Virus record (IMG/VR): IMGVR_UViG_3300031521_000066
DNA from: a virus
DNA length: 60,759 bases
Direction: 5' to 3' (one strand)
In this document: one piece after another, positions 53,292-60,428 of the stretch
How the letters are laid out: every line of letters starts with the position of its first letter
How positions within the stretch are numbered: position 1 is the stretch's first letter
Notes under the pieces: generated by a model
What the model was told of the DNA's origin: nothing
Database searches by the model: none
Seen by the model: only the letters and a program-made list of their open reading frames with translations
Made by a program: the position numbers and the translations under genes

Positions 53292-53666
53292 CTACCGCTT
53301 GCCTAGTTTTTCTTCTATCGCCCTGCAAGTCATGAGTAAGTCTCCAAATCTTTTATCGTTATTTCCACGCATTTTATCAAGTTCAAAACCTAAATAGAAG
53401 TGTTGTAATCTCAACTGTCCATAGCCGAAAATATCATCATCCAGAGCCTCTGGGTTTTCATCGCTTTCAATATATTTAAACCAATCATTTTCGTAATTGG
53501 CTCTATTTAACTCTTTTATTTCGTAATCATCCCCAGTACAATAACTCTTAAGAAAAATGGTATCTTTTGTTAGTTTTACCAATTTGTATTTGTAACCAAC
53601 ATAGCTTTGTTCGTTTCTTTGTATTTGCGTAACAAAATCACCTATTTTAAATTTATTTATTTTCAT
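53292..53666 (-). CDS. hypothetical protein
   Basis: 124-aa ORF; ATGA overlap with the upstream gene. Confidence 0.55.
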   Translation of the reverse strand: MKINKFKIGDFVTQIQRNEQSYVGYKYKLVKLTKDTIFLKSYCTGDDYEIKELNRANYENDWFKYIESDENPEALDDDIFGYGQLRLQHFYLGFELDKMRGNNDKRFGDLLMTCRAIEEKLGKR

Positions 53667-53914
53667 TGCTTTTGTTCTAAGTGGTTAATAAATAACTCTA
53701 TTTCGTTTTTTAATAGCTTCATTTTTTCCGTAAAATCTTCAATATTTTCGGAGTTCTTAATTAGTTTAACTGTTTTGCTGCAATCAGATATTGCTAAAAA
53801 AATAGTTCTTTCGGCTCCATCGCTGTATTTCACTTCTCCATCAAATGCGACAACACTTCCAAGTGAAGGAGAATCATCTTTATTCAACCAAGTTCTTTTA
53901 TTATATCGTTCCAT
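53663..53914 (-). CDS. hypothetical protein
   Basis: 83-aa ORF with ATG start. Confidence 0.55.
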   Translation of the reverse strand: MERYNKRTWLNKDDSPSLGSVVAFDGEVKYSDGAERTIFLAISDCSKTVKLIKNSENIEDFTEKMKLLKNEIELFINHLEQKQ

Positions 53915-53925
53915 AATGCCTGCTT

Positions 53926-54018
53926 ATAACAAAAACTATATGTCAAGTTTGCGGAGAAAATTTTACTACCATGAAACATTCTGCAAGCCGCAAACCTGCA
54001 TATAGTTTCGGCCGTTAT
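53926..54018 (-). repeat. intergenic long-hairpin element (ATAAC...GTTAT family)
   Basis: Perfect stems aactatatg/catatagtt (53934-42/53999-54007) and gtttgcgg/ccgcaaac (53947-54/53988-95), closed by ataac/gttat. Confidence 0.65.
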
Positions 54019-54021
54019 GGG

Positions 54022-54234
54022 TTATTTTAACCCGCTTTCATCATCGACATCGTTAATATCGACAATCTTAGTTTTTAGGTTGAGCGGCCTGAGAAAATTA
54101 TCAAGCCACTCAATTTTTTTGATTACCGTCTTTTTCTTTGACGGAAAATCAGTTCTCTCATAGTTCTGAGCATTACAAAAAGCAGCATCCGTTTTGAATA
54201 GCTGCCTTATTTTAGTTTCAATTAAGTTTTTCAT
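54022..54234 (-). CDS. hypothetical small protein, paralog of 277..555
   Basis: MKNLIETKIRQLFKTDAAFCNAQNYERTDFPSKKKTVIKKIEWLDNFLRPLNLKTKIVD aligns with ORF 277..555. Confidence 0.6.
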   Translation of the reverse strand: MKNLIETKIRQLFKTDAAFCNAQNYERTDFPSKKKTVIKKIEWLDNFLRPLNLKTKIVDINDVDDESGLK

Positions 54235-54770
54235 CCTGGAAACTTAAAATCAAACCCATGTTGTTTTGTTCCTGGTGGGTTTTGCTTTCGGTAAATGTGC
54301 TTATCAACGCATTCTTGACAGATATTTCCACAGGACTGACAATCATTATCCCTTTTGTTTTCATCCAGTTTGTTGACAAATTCATAAGCTCCTTCAATCA
54401 TACTATCGAATCCAAAAAAATCGTTCTGGTAAAATGGATGGCTTAGTATTTTATAGAAACCAACCTTTTCACCTGTTTCTTGGGCTCCTGTTTGGTTTAT
54501 CACAAAATAATTTTCGCTTATATCATCGTTCATTACCGTGTTTTCGCAATAAGGACATGAGGTTTCATATTCTTCACTAAAACATCGTTCACATAAAAAC
54601 TCATCTTCTTCCATATCAATATTTGGAGCATCCCACATTTCAAACATAGATTCTCCACACTGATCGCAATTGCATTTTTTTTCGATAATAAATTCAATTT
54701 CTTCGTCCGTAATTTTCAAAGGGGAACTGCTGTATTTTTCAGCGTACCATAATTTGATTTTTTCTTTCAT
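54231..54770 (-). CDS. multi-CxxC zinc-finger protein
   Basis: 179 aa; CNCDQCG, CERC...CPYC and CQSCGNICQEC. Confidence 0.55.
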   Translation of the reverse strand: MKEKIKLWYAEKYSSSPLKITDEEIEFIIEKKCNCDQCGESMFEMWDAPNIDMEEDEFLCERCFSEEYETSCPYCENTVMNDDISENYFVINQTGAQETGEKVGFYKILSHPFYQNDFFGFDSMIEGAYEFVNKLDENKRDNDCQSCGNICQECVDKHIYRKQNPPGTKQHGFDFKFPG

Positions 54771-54800
54771 ATATTTTCATTTAAGTAATTAAAATACAGG

Positions 54801-54843
54801 CGTTACATCAACTATATGTCAAGTCGGTTTTTGTTGGTGTACG
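54801..54843 (-). repeat. short hairpin carrying the 15-mer shared with element 53926..54018
   Basis: Stem cgttacatcaac/gttggtgtacg. The loop contains aactatatgtcaagt (54810-24), identical to 53934-48. Confidence 0.45.
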
Positions 54844-54852
54844 TTGGCTCAT

Positions 54853-55431
54853 TTATGACTTATATATTTTATTAATTAACTCATTCATTTTTTGAATCTT
54901 TGGGGGAAAAGCATAGTTTATCCTTGTTTCAATGAATTCTTTTTCGCAATAGGTATATTTAGCTATTTCTGAAATTTTAAACCCTTGTATTTTTGCGACA
55001 GCACAGCAAACATCAAAATGATAGGTAGTACCGGTATGTTCTGAATATTGTCTTCCAATAATAACCCCATAACCCAACATGAATATCCTTTTCAATGTGA
55101 CTACATTACCTTGTTTTTTAATATTCTCCGCTATCTTGATTTCTATTTTATCCACATCTATTTTAAACTGCTTATCTGTGTCAATCAAATTGTTAACGGT
55201 TTTGCAAGAATAGAGTACAGAAGTGTGATCCTTGCGGCCCAATGCTGCACCGATAGTGCTTAGGGATGATTTTGTTAGTTTTTTAGAAAAGAACATAGCG
55301 ATTTGCCTTGCCTGAACTATTTCTCTTTTCCGGGCTTTGATCTGGATGCTACCAGAAGGAAGATCGTAGTAATCTTCTACAGTAGTAGCGATAAGAGAAA
55401 TGGGATCATATTCAGAAAGTAGGTTACTCAT
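54853..55431 (-). CDS. DnaA domain IV (Bac_DnaA_C)-like DNA-binding protein
   Basis: KREIVQARQIAMFFSKKLTKSSLSTIGAALGRKDHTSVLYSCKTVNNLIDTDKQF matches the DnaA C-terminal HTH signature. Here it is N-terminal and followed by an unknown ~90-aa domain. Confidence 0.65.
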   Translation of the reverse strand: MSNLLSEYDPISLIATTVEDYYDLPSGSIQIKARKREIVQARQIAMFFSKKLTKSSLSTIGAALGRKDHTSVLYSCKTVNNLIDTDKQFKIDVDKIEIKIAENIKKQGNVVTLKRIFMLGYGVIIGRQYSEHTGTTYHFDVCCAVAKIQGFKISEIAKYTYCEKEFIETRINYAFPPKIQKMNELINKIYKS

Positions 55432-55459
55432 AATTTGATTGTTATATAGTTGTTCCTGT

Positions 55460-55478
55460 GGGGAGAATCGGACTCCCC
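55460..55478 (-). terminator. GC-rich hairpin between genes (terminator/processing candidate)
   Basis: ggggag / ctcccc form a 6-bp stem with a 7-nt loop; no clear U-tract. Confidence 0.3.
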
Positions 55479-55493
55479 GGAAACCATTCAGGA

Positions 55494-56252
55494 TTATTGT
55501 TCGATAATTGGAACCATTGGAAACAATTCTTCGAACTTTTTAATTTCGGTGTCAATGATAGTATCACGTACCTCTTCGTAGGTTGCTTGCGCTCCCGGAG
55601 AGATCAAAGTAAAAGCCACTTCCTTGCCGTTAATTTGAGCAAAGGTTTCTACTTCGATGATTTCAGCCTGAAACCCCTTCATAATTGGTATTTTCAGATT
55701 GAAAGATTTCGGAAGGTTGGAATTTACAACCTGTTCAAAATTGTCGGTTTTGTCTCCCGATTCTTTTACTGAACGCTGAATGCTGTTATTTACAGTTGCG
55801 GTAAAGTTCAGCAGGTCATTGACAAGTTTCATATTGTCTTCCTTGCTCGTAAAGAAATACCGGTTCATCTTGAAAAATAAACCAAGCTGAGTAGGTGTCC
55901 ATACTTTGCCGGTATTTATTCCAAACTCTTCAAATTTTGGTTCTGTTTCAAGTTTACCAACAACTTGACCCCGGATATAGTCATCATTCTCATTCACAAC
56001 AAGGGTGATAGATACTTTTTCCCGGTTAACAAGGATGTGACATCGGGTAAGGTTCAGTTGTGGCACAATACCATCTGGCTCAGTAAATTGATACCTTTTT
56101 GAGAGGAAGATGAACGGAGCTTGAATAACGCCTCTCAAATCGACTTTAATAGGTGCTTTAGGATCGAGAACCTTTATTGCTGCACCTTCCCGAACTACAA
56201 TTTCTGTTACACCTTCGTGTAGTGTAAAATTGAATTTCTTTTCTTCTGACAT
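55494..56252 (-). CDS. hypothetical protein (252 aa)
   Basis: ATG start, in the recombination/replication neighbourhood; no motif recognised. Confidence 0.55.
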   Translation of the reverse strand: MSEEKKFNFTLHEGVTEIVVREGAAIKVLDPKAPIKVDLRGVIQAPFIFLSKRYQFTEPDGIVPQLNLTRCHILVNREKVSITLVVNENDDYIRGQVVGKLETEPKFEEFGINTGKVWTPTQLGLFFKMNRYFFTSKEDNMKLVNDLLNFTATVNNSIQRSVKESGDKTDNFEQVVNSNLPKSFNLKIPIMKGFQAEIIEVETFAQINGKEVAFTLISPGAQATYEEVRDTIIDTEIKKFEELFPMVPIIEQ

Positions 56253-56254
56253 AA

Positions 56255-56683
56255 TTAATCGTTTGTGCCTGTTTTTGGCAGTTTAAACATTTTTGTTTGA
56301 CGTTCTTCAGGTTTAATTCTCCTGGTAGAAACAAGTAACCCTTCGCTGTTATAGTATCCGACCGTGTTTGTTTCATGGTCTACGAATTTAAAGCAATCCT
56401 CATTTACGTACTCGGACCTTTTGCGGATGCTTTCCAAAAGATTTTTTCTGCATTGATCCTTTGGTTTCATTTTTAAGTTAATCTCTTTTACAAGTTCTTT
56501 CTTCTCAATTTGAAGATCGTTTAGCTCAATAGAAACATCAGCCAGATTGTCTTTCATGGCTTCCATTTCCTCTTGTGTAAATTCACGTGTAAAACCAATG
56601 TTTTCCACTTCTGTACAGTTGGCATCAAGGAATTGAACCCTTGATACTCCTTCCGGGTATTCTAACCCTAATTGTTTTTCCAT
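56255..56683 (-). CDS. hypothetical coiled-coil protein
   Basis: 142-aa ORF with ATG start. Its start lies within the last 59 nt of the LRR gene. Confidence 0.55.
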   Translation of the reverse strand: MEKQLGLEYPEGVSRVQFLDANCTEVENIGFTREFTQEEMEAMKDNLADVSIELNDLQIEKKELVKEINLKMKPKDQCRKNLLESIRKRSEYVNEDCFKFVDHETNTVGYYNSEGLLVSTRRIKPEERQTKMFKLPKTGTND

Positions 56684-58322
56684 AATTATTTAAAAATTTG
56701 AAAATTTTATCACCAACGGTTAGGCCTTCTGGTAAGACGGTAATTCCGGTTCCTCGTAGGTAAAGAGAGCCACCAACGGTTAGGCCTTCTGGCAAAACGG
56801 TAATTCCGGTTCCTTGTATGTCAAGAGAGCCACCAACGGTTAAGTTTTCTGGCAAAACGGTAATTCCGGTTCCTCGTAGGTCAAGAGAGCCACCAACGGT
56901 TAGGCCTTCTGGCAAAACGGTAATTCCGGTTCCTTGTAGGTCAAGATTACCACCAACGGTTAAGTTTTCTGGCAAAACGGTAATTCCGGTTCCTTGTAGG
57001 TTAAGAGAGCCACCAACGGTTAGGCCTTCTGGTAAGACGGTAATTCCGGTTCCTCGTAGGTAAAGATAGCCACCAACGGTTAGGCCTTCTGGTAAGACGG
57101 TAATTCCGGTTCCTTGTAGGTAAAGAGAGCCACCAACGGTTAGGCCTTCTGGTAAGACGGTAATTCCGGTTCCTTGTAGGTCAAGATTACCACCAACGGT
57201 TAAGTTTTCTGGCAAAACGGTAATTCCGGTTCCTCGTAGGTAAAGAGAGCCACCAACGGTTAGGCCTTCTGGTAAAACGGTAATTCCGGTTCCTTGTATG
57301 TCAAGAGAGCCACCAACGGTTAGGCCTTCTGGCAAAACGGTAATTCCGGTTCCTTGTATGTCAAGATAGCCACCAACGGTTAAGTTTTCTGGCAAAACGG
57401 TAATTCCGGTTCCTTGTATGTCAAGATAGCCACCAACGGTTAGGCCTTCTGGCAAGACGGTAATTCCGGTTCCTCGTAGGTCAAGATAGCCACCAACGGT
57501 TAAGTTTTCTGGCAAAACGGTAATTCCGGTTCCTCGTAGGTAAAGAGAGCCACCAACGGTTAGGCCTTCTGGCAAAACGGTAATTCCGGTTCCTTGTATG
57601 TCAAGAGAGCCACCAACGGTTAGGCCTTCTGGCAAAACGGTAATTCCGGTTCCTTGTAGGTCAAGATAGCCACCAACGGTTAAGCCTTCTGGCAAGACGG
57701 TAATTCCGGTTCCTCGTAGGTCAAGATAGCCACCAACGGTTAAGTTTTCTGGTAAGACGGTAATTCCGGTTCCTTGTAGGTCAAGATTACCACCAACGGT
57801 TAGGCCTTCTGGCAAAACGGTAATTCCGGTTCCTTGTATGTCAAGAGAGCCACCAACGGTTAAGTTTTCTGGCAAAACAGTAATTCCGGTTCCTCGTAGG
57901 TCAAGAGAGCCACCAACGGTTAGGCCTTCTGGCAAAACGGTAATTCCGGTTCCTTGTATGTCAAGATTACCACCAACGGTTAAGTTTTCTGGTAAGACGG
58001 TAATTCCGGTTCCTCTAAGGTTTATTTTAAAATTAGAAGTCTTAAGAATTTCAGAGAAATCGAATTTTTCAGCCCAAGCCTTAGCTAATTCACTGTCATC
58101 GGTTTTATTGTTGATCTGATCGACCTTGAAAATGTTGAAGATTGGAAGAAACTCATACTTGTTTGCAACATCTTCTTTGAGACTGTGAAATAATGCAATG
58201 CTTGAGTGAGAATCAACAGTCCAATTATCGGGATTGTCTATTGCAAGCTGATTACGAGTTTCGGCATTGAAATACCGTGGTTTCCCGTCACCCATGCTTA
58301 TAAAGGAGAAAAATTCACACAT
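56625..58322 (-). CDS. leucine-rich-repeat-like protein built from ~22 tandem 20-aa repeats
   Basis: A ~105-aa unique N-terminal domain (MCEFFSFISMGDGKPRYF...), then GTGITVLPE(G/N)LTVGG(S/Y/N)L(D/Y/N)(L/I)(Q/R) repeated 21-22 times. Confidence 0.75.
   Translation of the reverse strand: MCEFFSFISMGDGKPRYFNAETRNQLAIDNPDNWTVDSHSSIALFHSLKEDVANKYEFLPIFNIFKVDQINNKTDDSELAKAWAEKFDFSEILKTSNFKINLRGTGITVLPENLTVGGNLDIQGTGITVLPEGLTVGGSLDLRGTGITVLPENLTVGGSLDIQGTGITVLPEGLTVGGNLDLQGTGITVLPENLTVGGYLDLRGTGITVLPEGLTVGGYLDLQGTGITVLPEGLTVGGSLDIQGTGITVLPEGLTVGGSLYLRGTGITVLPENLTVGGYLDLRGTGITVLPEGLTVGGYLDIQGTGITVLPENLTVGGYLDIQGTGITVLPEGLTVGGSLDIQGTGITVLPEGLTVGGSLYLRGTGITVLPENLTVGGNLDLQGTGITVLPEGLTVGGSLYLQGTGITVLPEGLTVGGYLYLRGTGITVLPEGLTVGGSLNLQGTGITVLPENLTVGGNLDLQGTGITVLPEGLTVGGSLDLRGTGITVLPENLTVGGSLDIQGTGITVLPEGLTVGGSLYLRGTGITVLPEGLTVGDKIFKFLNNYGKTIRVRIPGRSIKGSIP
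56711..58020. repeat. 60-bp tandem repeat array, ~22 near-identical copies (coding)
   Basis: Every 60-nt line from 56701 to 57961 carries caccaacggtta(g/a)g(c/t)(c/t)ttctgg(t/c)aa(g/a)acggtaattccggttcct(c/t)gta(g/t)g with few variable sites. Confidence 0.95.
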
Positions 58323-58324
58323 AA

Positions 58325-58921
58325 TTATTGTTTTATCCTGTTAATTAATATTTTCACATCTTCAATACTGATTTCAAGCTGTTCTCTTAATTGAGATAAG
58401 ATCGGTTCATCCCTTTCAACCCTTATTAATATTTGTTTCAATTTTGGGCTTGAAAATGGCATGTAGTCGATAAAATCCCATCCAGTGCAAAGTAATTGAC
58501 CATGTATTTGCCAAAAGTAAGCCTTTGGAAGTTTTTTCGTGGCAAGGTATTCGTTATAAACTTGAAATGAGGGGTTCTTAATTTCTAAGCCTCCATTTTC
58601 GCCAACTATTTTACGGTCTGGGCTAGCTCCGACAAACTCATTATATTCAAAAAAACCTACAATTTCGGTTTGATTAAATGTTAAAATCTCATAATTTTCA
58701 ACTGCAATAGGTTCTTTTTCGTGTCCCCTTTGCATCCATTTGTTAGTATAAGATTCTTCACTTTCGCCAGTCACTTGCTCATAAGCTACTTTTATAATAG
58801 CTTTTTGATAACCAACAGAATCCTTTTTCATAAACAAATCTGAAAATGTAGATGCTGTAAACTTGCCTCGCCTGACTTCATCCCATTCCTCAGAGTTTTG
58901 ATCTATGTCGTAATATTTCAT
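58325..58921 (-). CDS. YqaJ-like (lambda Exo-type, PD-(D/E)XK) recombination exonuclease
   Basis: QNSEEWDEVRRGKFTASTFSDL ... GHEKEPIAVENYE ... SPDRKI...GGLEIKNP matches the YqaJ pattern. Confidence 0.7.
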   Translation of the reverse strand: MKYYDIDQNSEEWDEVRRGKFTASTFSDLFMKKDSVGYQKAIIKVAYEQVTGESEESYTNKWMQRGHEKEPIAVENYEILTFNQTEIVGFFEYNEFVGASPDRKIVGENGGLEIKNPSFQVYNEYLATKKLPKAYFWQIHGQLLCTGWDFIDYMPFSSPKLKQILIRVERDEPILSQLREQLEISIEDVKILINRIKQ

Positions 58922-59412
58922 ACTGCTTCTCTTAAAAGATCGTCCTTAACTCCGGTTAAATCATACACCTTTTCAATGTCTGCAATAGTTTTTGATTTAG
59001 ACTTAATAGCCTCGACTGCTTTTATCCATGCTGGCATGTCTCGATTGAGTTTTGGCTTACTCATGCTTGGTTGAGATTCACGGATTCTCAACCCTTCCGT
59101 AACGTCTCCAAATGCCTGAACATCTCCTTTAATGTAGATTTGAACGGCAACATTATTCCAGTCGTTAATATAGGCACTTTTAGTGAATGATTTTATCACC
59201 TTGCAATTAGTTGCGTTCAGAATCATTGGCTTAATCGTAGCGTCTGTAAATAGAGCTACGTTGCAGTCTTTTTGCTTTCCGTCTGTTCCTTTTACTTTCT
59301 GAATTGAAACGGACTTAATCACACATTTTAAATCCTTTCCGTCTTCGAGGTCGCATGAACCGAGATAGTCACTATTGAAAACAGATTTCCAGTGAATTTT
59401 TTTATCTAACAT
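58918..59412 (-). CDS. hypothetical protein
   Basis: 164-aa ORF; ATGA overlap with the exonuclease gene. Confidence 0.55.
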   Translation of the reverse strand: MLDKKIHWKSVFNSDYLGSCDLEDGKDLKCVIKSVSIQKVKGTDGKQKDCNVALFTDATIKPMILNATNCKVIKSFTKSAYINDWNNVAVQIYIKGDVQAFGDVTEGLRIRESQPSMSKPKLNRDMPAWIKAVEAIKSKSKTIADIEKVYDLTGVKDDLLREAV

Positions 59413-59414
59413 AA

Positions 59415-60089
59415 TTAATTTGTTTTTAATAATTGTAAATATTTTGGTTTGATATATTTTTCTATTAATTGTAAGTATTCAATAGAAACAGGGTGAGCGA
59501 AGCAATTATGCTTTTGAACGTTTTCGGACGCACTTAATAAATGAAGATTTTCAAGGCTATTTATTAATTTAATGTCCACATCTGGCATAAACCAACTGAC
59601 GGGTATTTTATGGTCTATATGTTTTCCTTCCATATTTTCACCAATCACTTCAATTAAGTCAGAATATGAATAACCCAAAACATCAGACGTTCTTGATGAT
59701 TTGTCTTTAATTACCTTATAAATTAAATTTCTCATATTCCTTTTTGTTTTAAATACGGGATCAGATTTGCATTTGTCCTTAATGTAGGAATTCATCTTCT
59801 CCCTAATTTTCATTCTATTTTTCTCTCTCCATTTACGTTTGGTTACCCTTATTTCCTCTGGGGTTTTCTTTTTATAATTCATCGAACGCTTTTTTATGGC
59901 TTCTGAATTTTCGGAATAGTATAATTTATTATGTATTGATTTATTGTGCTTAAACTTTGGATAATCTTTATTGTATTGCTCGTTTGTACACTTTTTACAA
60001 CGAGGTTTATATCCATTTTTTGCGCGTGATTCAATTCCAAACTCAGATACTGGCTTAATTTCTTTGCATTTATTACATTTCTTTTCCAT
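59415..60089 (-). CDS. HNH endonuclease
   Basis: An N-terminal CNKC...CKKC zinc motif, then HIDHKIPVSWF ... NLHLLSASENVQKHN (H-N-H). Confidence 0.65.
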   Translation of the reverse strand: MEKKCNKCKEIKPVSEFGIESRAKNGYKPRCKKCTNEQYNKDYPKFKHNKSIHNKLYYSENSEAIKKRSMNYKKKTPEEIRVTKRKWREKNRMKIREKMNSYIKDKCKSDPVFKTKRNMRNLIYKVIKDKSSRTSDVLGYSYSDLIEVIGENMEGKHIDHKIPVSWFMPDVDIKLINSLENLHLLSASENVQKHNCFAHPVSIEYLQLIEKYIKPKYLQLLKTN

Positions 60090-60161
60090 GCAATAAAGAT
60101 ACAGTTAATTATTTAAATAATACTTTTTTCCAGTGAGTTTTTGTTTCCATGATTTTAAGTT

Positions 60162-60308
60162 TTATTTATTTTCAAGTTGATTGATCATCTCTAGCACATT
60201 CAGATATGCAATAATTTGCAATTTATTTTGATTAATCGCTTTTCTTGCCTTGATACTATTTTCACAGATAATAATCTGTGATTGTATTTTTTTAATTAAA
60301 GTTTCCAT
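60162..60308 (-). CDS. questionable small coiled-coil ORF (48 aa)
   Basis: METLIKKIQSQIIICENSIKARKAINQNKLQIIAYLNVLEMINQLENK; the only ATG ORF in a 339-bp gap. Confidence 0.25.
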   Translation of the reverse strand: METLIKKIQSQIIICENSIKARKAINQNKLQIIAYLNVLEMINQLENK

Positions 60309-60428
60309 AATATTTTCAGTTTAAATAGGTTGTAAAATCTTTGATTCCAAATTCAGGGAATAATATTGTCAGGTATTCCCGGCAATTGTACCCCGTTAAT
60401 TGTTCCTTGACAAAAAAGAGCATCGTTT

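Noticed and set aside
50032-54852. Integron-like cassette array. The ORFs share one orientation and each is followed by an imperfect palindrome bounded by ..TAAC / GTTA.., which resembles attC R''/R' sites
   Set aside because: No integron or other tyrosine-recombinase integrase is visible anywhere in the 60.6-kb genome. The boundary 7-mers do not fit RYYYAAC/GTTRRRY well. The helix mismatches become G-U only on the transcript strand, which favours an RNA-level role. I keep this only as a low-probability alternative.
55148-55156. Perfect DnaA-box 9-mers TTATCCACA at 55148-55156 and 12857-12865, plus gGTGGATAA at 53224-53232
   Set aside because: One or two perfect 9-mers are about what chance predicts in an AT-rich 60-kb genome counted on both strands. 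They are scattered inside coding regions and not clustered as in an origin.
56711-58020. The regular 60-bp repeat array could be mistaken for a CRISPR array or a satellite
   Set aside because: The repeats are contiguous with no unique spacers. They stay in one open reading frame for 565 codons and translate to a coherent 20-aa LRR-like unit, so the array is coding.
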